The notes beneath the pieces are model-generated. The model was not told the origin of the DNA. It searched no databases and saw only the letters and a program-made list of their open reading frames with translations. A program made the position numbers and the translations under genes. 64,000 bases of DNA from assembly GCF_018977255.1 (NCBI RefSeq), contig NW_024704742.1, positions 26,972,001-27,036,000 of the forward strand, in the 5' to 3' direction. This stretch comes from Callorhinchus milii. Taxonomy: Eukaryota. Numbering within the stretch: position 1 is the first letter of the stretch; every line of letters starts with the position of its first letter. Positions 12,031 through 23,600 of the stretch are shown one piece after another.

Positions 12031-12390
12031 GTGTAGTCCTGCAGATTAGTAGTTAGAACACTCATCTCGCAATCGAGAGGATTTGGGTTCGATTCTCAGG
12101 CTGGGCAAAATATTAGGCAAGTTTTCTTATTCTTCTGATTACCTAGCAGTAAGTAGGAACCTGGTTGTTAGTCAATTGGCAGATCTCTTTTCCAGGGATA
12201 ATAATCCCTTCGAAAAAATAAAATAAAAATTTAGTCACTCAATCCACGACTGTTTGTGGGACACTGCTGTGCACAATTGGCTGCTGCATTTCGTCCACAA
12301 AATACAGTCAATTCACTTTACAATATATTCTATGAAGCGCTTTGAGACGTCTCAACGACATGATAAAGCGCTATATCAATGCAAGGATTA
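12031..12390 (+). mobile_element. tRNA-derived SINE, long variant; mirror copy at 24706-25063 (-)
   Basis: Degenerate A/B boxes, internal cctagcagtaagtaggaacc core, L2-like tail ending gcaaggatta. Confidence 0.85.
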
Positions 12391-14011
12391 CGATAAACGT
12401 GCAATTTTTTAAAGAGGAACCGAACCATTGCAAGTGCTAGATCTTCCCAAGAAGTAGCAGCAAGTTAAAGAAACCCACAGCAGTTAAAGAAACACACTAT
12501 GCACATCAACACCATATGCAAAATTACAAACTGCTGCAAACTCCTGTGAAACTCCTCCCAATCCTGTGTCAAATGCAAGAATCATTATTTTTAATCTCAT
12601 CTTTGATTCAATAAATGATTCAAAAAACGAGGGAGGCAAAAAGTTTTGTACATAGAGGCTTTTAAAACAGGGAATGCCTGATCGCAAATGTTGAAAGCAG
12701 ATTCCAAAACAACAAGTCTCCCACTACCCAGTCTGTACAGATCAAACAGGGAGGGATGTAAGTGTGCAATAGCCATAAACATTGCTTCACAACACAGCAA
12801 TTGACACAGAAAAGCATCAGGCAAACGGTTGTTATTCAGTCTACAAAAATACAGTCAAAATACACTTTACAACAACAAGAAGATTACATTTGTGTAGCCC
12901 ATCTCAAGTCAGGAGGACATCCCAAGGCGCTGGAATATCTATATCTTGTAAAAATATCTATATCTTTACAGTATATCTTGTGAAGATACGTCTTGACAAT
13001 AAGGTAAAGCTCTATACCAAATGCAAGCATTGTTATTATTATTATTCACAACAAAGCAAGAAAATACCAATGAGAAAACTGGAAAGAAAGACAAACATCT
13101 CAGTTGAGGATCTTTTTGAAAAGCTATTTTCAATGCCTTGTGCGTGTGGCAATTATTGAACCATGAAATGTGAAGGACTACTTTAGCTTCTGGGAAACGT
13201 CTCTATTCAGCTTAAAAACTTTGGCTAGAAACCGCTTCGCCATCTGACAACATTTACTGTAAAGTCCTTTGTATGTTTTCCCCCACCTCCAAACCCCACA
13301 CCCGCAAGTTCTAGAAATCTCTTTAACAGCAAATGTGTACAGTACCAGATCTATCGTCCACAGAATGTGAGCTCACTGACAGCTGCACAAGAATGAATAC
13401 AAGACAAAACTAGTGAAATGCCGCTCTAGTAAGCTTTGAAAACCCACTTCAGCTAACATCCAATTACATTGAAATTGCCTTATCTTATAGCACTGATGTA
13501 AATCGGTACTGCTATCAGCATAGAGATGCTTAACAATCTGCCACTTTTCATTTTCCGCCCTTTTCACTGACTCTCCCACTGAACGAAGTGCCAACAGTCC
13601 TCCGGCACCTCATTGACACATTTCGTTTTCAGTTGATAGCACTCGTCACCTGTGGGTCAGAATATCATAGGTTCAAGACTTGAACCCATGACACTCCAGT
13701 ACAGTAATAATAGTCCTTGTATATGATATAGCATCATGTCATATCACTGAAATGCTTCAAAGCGCTTCACAAGATTTTACTGGAAAGTTTAGTGACCATG
13801 TATTTATAGGCAAACAGGGCAGCCAATCTGCACATAGCAACGGCCCACAAACACAGAACCATAAAGCTTAATCCACAACTGTTTGTGAGACACTGCTGTG
13901 TGCAATTGGCTGCCGCATTTCACCCACAAAAACATGGTCAATCCACTTTACAATATATACTGTGAAGTGCTTTGAGACTTCTCAACGATGTGATTAGACA
14001 CTATATCAAAT

Positions 14012-14329
14012 GTGGAGTCCTGTAGCTCAGTGCTTAGAGCACTCGCTTTGCAAGTGAGAGACCCGAGTTCAATTCCAGGCAGAGGGCGAAACCTTGGGCA
14101 AATTTCCTTACTCCACACAGAGCCTAATAATAATCCCTCCAAAAACAATAATAAATTGGTCATTTTCAATCTACGACTGTTTGTGGGACATTGCTGTGCG
14201 CAATTGGCTGTCACGTTCGCCCACAAATATACAGTCAATTCACTTTACAGTGTGTTCTGTGAAGCGCTTTGGGACGTCCTCCCGACGTGAAAAGCGCTAT
14301 GTCAAACGCAAGGATTATTATTATTATTA
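14012..14329 (+). mobile_element. Young tRNA-derived SINE, short variant; mirror copy at 22769-23084 (-)
   Basis: Head GGAGTCCTGTAGCTCAGTG..TTTGCAA..GAGTTCAATTCC (A box, TGC-anticodon-like loop, B box); tail AGCGCTTT..AAAGCGCT + (TTA)n; near-identical to 48303-48625. Confidence 0.92.
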
Positions 14330-14971
14330 AATGCAAGGATTATTCATATTATTATTATTAAAGTGAGTGACCACTTTTTTGGAGGGATTGCGAACCGGAA
14401 CACTGGTAGAAACTCCCTTCTCTTTTCGAACAGTGTGATGGGTACTTAAACATCCACCTGAACAGGCTGAAGGGACTTGCGTTTATTGTCTCATCTGAAG
14501 GATAGTACCACAAACACCGAGCACTATATTGAGTTCAAAGCTTCAATGTGGGGCTTGAACCCACAACCTTTTGAGTCAGAGGTAAGAGTGCTACCACTTG
14601 AACCAGGTTCACCCCCACCCCCTTCCCATACTGTTAGCGGTGATGTCTTTCATACAAAATGTTGAACTATCTGCTTGCATTTAATCAAACATAAACATGT
14701 TTCATTGGGAGAAGGGAGTGTCCCAGCATGTCCTGATCAACAATTGTCCAGAGTAATTCAGCCGTTCACCACCAAAAGGCATTGAGCAATCAAAATCAAT
14801 GTCCAAACCAGTTTTCACACAGCACCTGTGCCCACGCACTTTTTTGGAAGGGGGAAATGGCTGAGAGTGAATGGATAATGATGATAATGATGAATGGGAA
14901 CCTCCCGAGATTGGAGAAGCCAAGACAAATTGTGGTATTCTACCCCTCAATCACAATGAGCTATCTTGGTG

Positions 14972-15199
14972 TGGTCTCTTTGACCGAGCCTTCAGCTCCC
15001 CTCTCGACTCTCTTCCCCCTCCTCGCTCCCTCCCTTCCCTCCCCTCACCCTGACCATTTCCCCCCTCCTCGCTCCCTCCCTTCCCTCCCCTCACCCTGAC
15101 CATTTCCCCCCTGCTCGGGTCATGACCCAACTGTGCAGCGCCTTGGGACGTCCTCCTGACGTGAAAGGCGCTTTATAAATGGAATCTTGTTGTTGTTGT
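14972..15199 (+). mobile_element. L2 LINE extreme 3' end with internal 46-bp tandem duplication; mirror copy at ~21895-22125 (-)
   Basis: ctctttgaccgagccttc..gcgccttgggacgtcctcctgacgtgaaaggcgct..(TTG)n; same end as 42125-42360 and 50535-51090. Confidence 0.8.
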
Positions 15200-16402
15200 C
15201 TCCACAGAACAAAAACTGGGATCTGCCTCACCTCTACAGCTCAGATCCACAACCTGCAATTACGTTGTGCACTGTCCTTTCCTCATTGAGCCATTCAACC
15301 TGACAACACCTGTTGAGCACATGTCCAAATCAGTCAAAAGGGATTGCCTCAACTGTTTTTTTTTAAAAAAAGTGTTCTTTTAACATGGAGAAATGCAACA
15401 TAACCTTTCCCAAAACTCCCAGGAGGAACTTTTCAAACATAAAGCACCCGATGTTCCATCCGCTCACTATGTCCTCTGGGTAGCAACACCACAAGTCTCA
15501 CTGCGAACAAAGCTCGTTTCCTTGTAGATGTTCAGCAACACACACCCACACAACCTTTCTGGACTGTTGAGTGAATACAGGAGCTTTGAAGTCATTTACT
15601 TTTAAACTGAATAATATATATTCGAGGCTCAGACCATTCTGTAAGCACTTGATTATTTACACCGGTGAAAGGGAAACATTGTAATGAGAAGCACACTTGT
15701 CTCGCCAAAGCTTGTATGAACTATTTACCTCATTCTGAAAAATACACGTACACACGTGAAAGGCGCTGTATGAATGTAAAACCTTTGCTGTTGTTGACTC
15801 CGAAACCCACAACTCCATAAAAGGTCATTGAATTCTCACCCATTCCTAGTGTGCCAAATAGTTCTGCAAACCACTAAACTAAAACAAGAGAGAGCGTATA
15901 GTACTCACACACCTGGGCTGGAAAATTCCACTCGTGAACATGCCAGGAATCAATTACATTGCGGCTTTGGCAAACAGAAAAAAATAAAGCCATTCGTCAG
16001 CTTGACCATCCGCCTGGCCCCTCTATAAATGGAGCTTTTCACACATTAAAGCAAGGGAGGGGACGCTTTATAAACAAGCTTCATACTGTAGCTCTATATC
16101 AGTCCGTGTATGATAGACTGATATCTAAAAATAATAAGAATAAGAATAACCGTTGCATTTGATTGTGCCTTGTCACGTTGTCGAGATGTCTCGAAATGCT
16201 TCATAGAATTTACTGTAAAGTGCTTCTCGACTGTATTTTGTGTATTGAAAAAATATTGACTTTTTTAAAAAATAAGATAAACTAGGAATGAGAAGGAGGA
16301 AAACAAAAACTTGTATGACACAACTAAACAGCAGTAACAGGACTACGTTTATGTAAAGAAGTAAATAATCGGGATTTATATGCACTGAACAACAACACAA
16401 CA

Positions 16403-16427
16403 NNNNNNNNNNNNNNNNNNNNNNNNN
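16403..16427. other. Assembly gap (25 N)
   Basis: Run of 25 n, 7 nt after the end of the left duplication arm. Confidence 0.99.
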
Positions 16428-16524
16428 CAACAACAAAAATTACATTTGTAAAGGCCTTTCACGTCGGGAGGACCTCGCAAGGCAACGAAACAAGAAGTTT
16501 CCGCAGGTCAACTATGAAGTGATT

Positions 16525-17182
16525 ATAATAATAATCCTTAAATGGGATATTGCGCCTTTCTCATCAGGATATCTCCAAGCGCTTCACAGAATATATTACA
16601 GAGTGTCGTGACTGTATTTTGCAGGTGAACGTAACAGGCAATTGCAAACAGCAATGTCCCGCAATCAGCCATGAAGTAAATGACCAATTTTGTTTGGGGG
16701 TTAACAAGGGGGAGAAACTCCCTTCTCTTTTCAAGTTGCATTACGGGATCTTTTAAAGTCCACCTGAACAAGCAGAACTTCCCCCAATGCAGCGGATTCT
16801 TAGGACTGGACCGGAGGGTCATCCTAGACCAGGGTGGACCAACTGTTGCCACCCCAGTCCGCATTCGAGGGATGATTTCATCCGGTCCACAGATCATTTC
16901 TAACTTCATTGTCTGAAGAGCAAATACACACAGACCGTGTGTCAATCAATCAGGACACGGCCACCAGAGGCTCAGGCTCTGTCTGGCAAGTAACTGGCCA
17001 AACAGGATAAAATATTGCTCATTTGCCAACAGATGTTTCTCAAATCCAGCATCCGGCCCTCAGCAGCCAAAAGGTTGGAACACCCTGGCCTAGACTACAC
17101 AAGTTCAAAGTCCTGACATAGGGCTTGAACCCAAAACCATCTGACTCAGATACAAGAGAGCTACAAACTATGCCAGGCTGAC
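16525..17182 (-). mobile_element. Deu-domain-like tRNA SINE interrupted by a hAT MITE
   Basis: Tail and ttcaggtggac..aaagatcc core at 16525-16829, head at 17088-17182; compare the intact copy at 56201-56631. Confidence 0.75.
16830..17087. mobile_element. hAT (Charlie-like) MITE
   Basis: Imperfect TIRs CAGGGTGGACCAACTG / AGGTTGGAACACCCTG; 8-bp TSD TCCTAGAC / GCCTAGAC. Confidence 0.85.
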
Positions 17183-17877
17183 TGACTGACCGACACATGT
17201 ACTGTAAATAAGCAGCAGGGTTTCCTGTAGTCACAATCAGTGAACTAACATTATCTGGACCGCATCTGCCCACGACTAGGTTTTTGACTATTCCTCCATG
17301 GATGCTACAGATCAGCTTAATGTGCATTTACCGACAGTGAAGAGCACAAAGAAATACTGTTCTAAACACACGCGGTCTCTCCCCACCGCCCCCCACCCGC
17401 GCCCCCCTCAACACAGCACTATCAAACCAACATCTAGGTTCAGGAATCCCATTGCAGAGATGCCGTTAAGTCACGGACTGTCATACAGAACAGTTGCTTG
17501 TCCCCTGATCAGCAGTGGATCTCCAGATCCCCAGTAATTTGTGAACTGGCCCGGGAGAAGCGGAAAGAAACAAAACACAAGTTATATATAAAAAAATTAG
17601 CTTGTAGCTGTAGTTGAAGACTGCCTGCCAATACACAACAATACATACAATCTTTAGAGAAAGCAATTGCCAGAGCTGGAATTATTTCAATCCTGGCCTA
17701 TATTGACAGACACACACAATGTGACAAACACAAATTCTAATCTCGGTCTCTTACGTGACGATATGCAACAAAGTGCGCAGATTGCACACAAGTAAAACTG
17801 ATGTCTTTTACTTGCTGCAAGGAAATGTACTCAAATGAAATTCACGGAGTGTGGGGGGGAGGGGGGAAAGAGGCAGC

Positions 17878-19720
17878 GTGGATGGAGCCTTAGGATACCC
17901 CGCAGGTGACCGGGTGGGGGCAAGAAGTAAAGTAATTTGTGGAAATGTTAGTGCTGGCTGTTTGTAAGGTAGGACTCGAACCATTCAAATGCGGTCCCAC
18001 TGAGGTGGATGATGGAGGAGAGGCGATGGAGGAGGATGGCGTGATCGACTGTGTCGAATGTGACGGAGAGGTCCAGGAGGACGAGGAGGCAGAGGGAGCC
18101 CCGGTCATAGATAGTGAGGATATCGTTTGTGACCTTCATGAGCGCTGTCTCTGTACCGTGAGCAGGACAGAAACCGGACTGGAGGGGTTTGAGTAGGGTG
18201 TGGAGGGAGAGCCGTGCGCAAAGTTGGTCGGCAACAACGCATTCCCCAGCTTTGGCAAGGAAGGGCAGGTTAAAGATAGGGCAGTAGTGCCCGAGGTTGG
18301 AGGGATCGAGAGTAGGTTTTTTAAGGAGGGGGTTGATGACAGCGGTTTTGAGCACGAGTGTGACTGATCCTGAGGAGAGGCACTGCTGAATGGTGTCTGC
18401 CAGCAGTGGGCAGAGGAGGGGGAGCTGGGTGATCAGCAGCTGGGTGGGGAGAGTGGGGTCGAGGCCGCAGGTGGTGGGTTTCATCAGGAGGATGGAGGAT
18501 GAGAGGGAGGAAGGAGAGATGGGGGCAAAAGAATGTAGGATGGGGGCCGTGGTAGGAGCTGGGGTGGGTGAAGGAGATGGAATTGGGGGGGGTTGGTAGG
18601 GGACACGGGGCAGGAGGATGAGGCTGCCAGGCAGATCCTTTCAATTTAGAAGGCGGTCCATGACCTGTTCACACTTGGTGTTTGATGTAATGATTAAGGT
18701 GCTCGATGGGGTCACGGAGGACGTGGTGGGTGGTGGAGAATAGGATTTTGGAGTTGTTTTTGGCCTCCAGAATGATCTTTAAGTAATACGCAGTTTTTGC
18801 TTGCGAGAGGGAGCGGCGGTAGGTGTGACGGTGCTCAAGACACAGCTGGCAGTGAACCGCGAGGCTGGTTTTCTGCCACCTGCGCACGAGTAATTGGGTT
18901 TGTGATTTTAGGGAGCGGAGATGGCTGTTGTTCCAAGGGGAGCGGGTGGGTTTGAAGACGGTCCTGGATTTCAGGGGGGGACAAGGGAGTTGAAGGTGGA
19001 GGAGAAGCGATCATGGAGCAGCTTGACGGCTGCATCAGGGTCACTGCGGGTGGAAGGCCAGAGGGAGAGGAGGTCTGAGGATGAGAGGGCATTTGTGAGC
19101 ATCTCGGCGGGAAGCCCTTTCCATGGGCAGAAAAGGATGGTGGAGGGCTTGATGAAGGGGAAAGGGATGCGACAGGAGAGAGAGAGAGACAAGGAAATGG
19201 TCAGAGATGGCCTTGTCTGTGTTAGACAGACTGGAGAGGATTGCGCAGTTTATATGGAGAGTGAGATTTAGGGTGGAGAGGAGTGCAATGAAGTCAGAGG
19301 AAGTGGGATAGGAGGAGTTGAAATGAAGGTTGAAGTCGCACACGACGACCAGGCGTTCAGTGCAGAGGGACAGGAATGAGAGGAGAGAGATGTCCATGAG
19401 GAAGGAACCAGGAGGTTTGGAGGGGATTTTGAAGCAGGGAGGGTAGGGATGATAAGAGGGTGAAGTGCTCGAAATAGGGGAAACAGCCAGAGGATTAGGG
19501 GGATAGGTTAAGGGAGGTTCGGGAGATGAAGGCCACCCCACCACCGCGACGGTTGGGGCGGTGGGGGGAGGTTTCGATGAGGGGGACGCAGTTGCCGGAG
19601 GACAGCCAGGTTTCTGTGAGCCCTACGATATCAATTTGCTCATCCAGGATGAGGTGGTGGATGGTGAGGGCTTTGTTTGAGGAGCGGACATTTTGGAGGG
19701 TGATGCGGGTGGGGCGCTGA
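17878..19720 (-). mobile_element. L2-clade LINE ORF2 fragment (APE endonuclease + N-terminal half of RT), pseudogenised
   Basis: NVRS..LTETWL APE motifs near 19600-19700; ORF 17948..18484 has PLLKKPTLDP..QSGF..HGTETAL..LVLLDLSVTFDTVDH; ends at VTCGVS*GS. Multiple frameshifts. Confidence 0.93.
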
Positions 19721-20154
19721 TGGAATTGGACGCTGGGGGGAGGGGTTGGGGGGGGTAGATTGTGGGGGGAGAATGACCGTGGGGTTTGAGGGGGGAAGAG
19801 AGTTGTGAAGGGTGTGGATGTGGGAAGGGTTTGCTTTATTATTATATTATTATTATTTATGGGTGTGGAGGAAGAATCTTGCGTAATGAGTGGGTGATGG
19901 GGCAGTCAGGGAGGCTGTTCTGGGGCAGCTAACAACGTGTGCCACGATGAGCAAGGGGTGGGTCCCAAGCTGGAGCAGAGGGAGGCAGTGGATGAGTCCA
20001 GGAGAGAGAGAAGCCAAGGAGGGCGACAGGAGGAGAAAGGAGCTTGCACAGTTGGTTGGTGGCTTGCAATGTATCTGCTTGCACATGCTCCGTACATTGT
20101 TAATAAAGATGGATGGGAGGGTTATAGCTGACTTAATTCCTGTTCTGTGCACTT

Positions 20155-20555
20155 AATATAGCGCCAAAATCATGAAATATCTCAAAGCACTTCACAGTAA
20201 ACTTGTCAAGTATAGTGACTGCGTATCGGTAGGCAAACACAGCAGCCTATCCCTGCATAGCAATAATGCTCCACAAACAGCCAGGAAATGAGTGACCAAT
20301 TTTATTTGTGGGTTTTGTAGGCCAGGACACTAGGAGAAACTCCCTTCTCTTTTCGAACAACGCCATGGAATCTTTAATGTTCACTGAACAGGAAGACAGG
20401 ACCTCAGTTTAACATCTCACCCGAAGGATGACACCACAGACAATGCAGATCTACTCCAACTCTGGCCGGAGTGACAACCGAGATTGCAAGTTCAAAGTCC
20501 TGATGTGGGTCTTTATCTTGCAACGTGGCCTAGAGGCGAGGGTGCTGCCAACTCA
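20155..20555 (-). mobile_element. Deu-domain-like SINE, degraded
   Basis: ggccaggacac..ccatggaatctttaatgttcactgaacagg..tttaacatctcacccgaagg core with L2-like tail. Confidence 0.7.
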
Positions 20556-20697
20556 ATTGAACTTTATTTTCAAAGAAAATTCAGTTTAATGCTGTGAAAC
20601 GTAACACTCTCTCATTTTCGATACCCAAGTGCCACTATCAAGCTGTCTGAATGGGAAATCCCACACACATTGACCACCTGAACCGACTGTGCCAAAA

Positions 20698-23600
20698 TTG
20701 TTGTTCAGTGCATATAAATCCCGATTATTTACTTCTTTACATAAACGTAGTCCTGTTACTGCTGTTTAGTTGTGTCATACAAGTTTTTGTTTTCCTCCTT
20801 CTCATTCCCTAGTTTATCTTATTTTTTAAAAAAGTCAATATTTTTTCAATACACAAAATACAGTCGAGAAGCACTTTACAGTAAATTCTATGAAGCATTT
20901 CGAGACATCTCGACAACGTGACAAGGCACAATCAAATGCAACGGTTATTCTTATTCTTATTATTTTTAGATATCAGTCTATCATACACGGACTGATATAG
21001 AGCTACAGTATGAAGCTTGTTTATAAAGCGTCCCCTCCCTTGCTTTAATGTGTGAAAAGCTCCATTTATAGAGGGGCCAGGCGGATGGTCAAGCTGACGA
21101 ATGGCTTTATTTTTTTCTGTTTGCCAAAGCCGCAATGTAATTGATTCCTGGCATGTTCACGAGTGGAATTTTCCAGCCCAGGTGTGTGAGTACTATACGC
21201 TCTCTCTTGTTTTAGTTTAGTGGTTTGCAGAACTATTTGGCACACTAGGAATGGGTGAGAATTCAATGACCTTTTATGGAGTTGTGGGTTTCGGAGTCAA
21301 CAACAGCAAAGGTTTTACATTCATACAGCGCCTTTCACGTGTGTACGTGTATTTTTCAGAATGAGGTAAATAGTTCATACAAGCTTTGGCGAGACAAGTG
21401 TGCTTCTCATTACAATGTTTCCCTTTCACCGGTGTAAATAATCAAGTGCTTACAGAATGGTCTGAGCCTCGAATATATATTATTCAGTTTAAAAGTAAAT
21501 GACTTCAAAGCTCCTGTATTCACTCAACAGTCCAGAAAGGTTGTGTGGGTGTGTGTTGCTGAACATCTACAAGGAAACGAGCTTTGTTCGCAGTGAGACT
21601 TGTGGTGTTGCTACCCAGAGGACATAGTGAGCGGATGGAACATCGGGTGCTTTATGTTTGAAAAGTTCCTCCTGGGAGTTTTGGGAAAGGTTATGTTGCA
21701 TTTCTCCATGTTAAAAGAACACTTTTTTTAAAAAAAACAGTTGAGGCAATCCCTTTTGACTGATTTGGACATGTGCTCAACAGGTGTTGTCAGGTTGAAT
21801 GGCTCTCAATGAGGAAAGGACAGTGCACAACGCAATTGCAGGTTGTGGATCTGAGCTGTAGAGGTGAGGCAGATCCCAGTTTTTGTTCTGTGGAGACAAC
21901 AACAACAACAACAAGATTCCATTTATAAAGCGCCTTTCACGTCAGGAGGACGTCCCAAGGCGCTGCACAGTTGGGTCATGACCCGAGCAGGGGGGAAATG
22001 GTCAGGGTGAGGGGGAGGGAGGAGCGAGGAGGGGGGAAATGGTCAGGGTGAGGGGAGGGAAGGGAGGGAGCGAGGAGGGGGAAGAGAGTCGAGAGGGGAG
22101 CTGAAGGCTCGGTCAAAGAGACCACACCAAGATAGCTCATTGTGATTGAGGGGTAGAATACCACAATTTGTCTTGGCTTCTCCAATCTCGGGAGGTTCCC
22201 ATTCATCATTATCATCATTATCCATTCACTCTCAGCCATTTCCCCCTTCCAAAAAAGTGCGTGGGCACAGGTGCTGTGTGAAAACTGGTTTGGACATTGA
22301 TTTTGATTGCTCAATGCCTTTTGGTGGTGAACGGCTGAATTACTCTGGACAATTGTTGATCAGGACATGCTGGGACACTCCCTTCTCCCAATGAAACATG
22401 TTTATGTTTGATTAAATGCAAGCAGATAGTTCAACATTTTGTATGAAAGACATCACCGCTAACAGTATGGGAAGGGGGTGGGGGTGAACCTGGTTCAAGT
22501 GGTAGCACTCTTACCTCTGACTCAAAAGGTTGTGGGTTCAAGCCCCACATTGAAGCTTTGAACTCAATATAGTGCTCGGTGTTTGTGGTACTATCCTTCA
22601 GATGAGACAATAAACGCAAGTCCCTTCAGCCTGTTCAGGTGGATGTTTAAGTACCCATCACACTGTTCGAAAAGAGAAGGGAGTTTCTACCAGTGTTCCG
22701 GTTCGCAATCCCTCCAAAAAAGTGGTCACTCACTTTAATAATAATAATATGAATAATCCTTGCATTTCATAATAATAATAATCCTTGCGTTTGATATAGC
22801 GCTTTTCACGTCGGGAGGACGTCCCAAAGCGCTTCACAGAACACACTGTAAAGTGAATTGACTGTATATTTGTGGGCGAACGTGACAGCCAATTGCGCAC
22901 AGCAATGTCCCACAAACAGTCGTAGATTGAAAATGACCAATTTATTATTGTTTTTGGAGGGATTATTATTAGGCTCTGTGTGGAGTAAGGAAATTTGCCC
23001 AAGGTTTCGCCCTCTGCCTGGAATTGAACTCGGGTCTCTCACTTGCAAAGCGAGTGCTCTAAGCACTGAGCTACAGGACTCCACATTTGATATAGTGTCT
23101 AATCACATCGTTGAGAAGTCTCAAAGCACTTCACAGTATATATTGTAAAGTGGATTGACCATGTTTTTGTGGGTGAAATGCGGCAGCCAATTGCACACAG
23201 CAGTGTCTCACAAACAGTTGTGGATTAAGCTTTATGGTTCTGTGTTTGTGGGCCGTTGCTATGTGCAGATTGGCTGCCCTGTTTGCCTATAAATACATGG
23301 TCACTAAACTTTCCAGTAAAATCTTGTGAAGCGCTTTGAAGCATTTCAGTGATATGACATGATGCTATATCATATACAAGGACTATTATTACTGTACTGG
23401 AGTGTCATGGGTTCAAGTCTTGAACCTATGATATTCTGACCCACAGGTGACGAGTGCTATCAACTGAAAACGAAATGTGTCAATGAGGTGCCGGAGGACT
23501 GTTGGCACTTCGTTCAGTGGGAGAGTCAGTGAAAAGGGCGGAAAATGAAAAGTGGCAGATTGTTAAGCATCACTATGCTGATAGCAGTACCGATTTACAT

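Larger units (their letters stand above)
8256..16395 (+). repeat. Left arm of ~8.1 kb inverted duplication
   Basis: AATTCGTGACTG.. at 8256 is the reverse complement of ..CAGTCACGAATT ending 28853; ..CACTGAACAACAA ending 16395 matches TTGTTGTTCAGTG at 20698. Mirror ORFs are identical, e.g. 11767..12018+ vs 25076..25327- and 15959..16162+ vs 20932..21135-. Confidence 0.98.

Noticed and set aside
14012..14090. tRNA-Ala(TGC)-like gene (also at 40435, 48303, 51952)
   Set aside because: No proper acceptor stem and each continues into a SINE body; these are SINE heads.
17948..18484. Functional reverse transcriptase gene
   Set aside because: Frameshifted, with a stop in the PQG motif and truncated before the catalytic YADD region.
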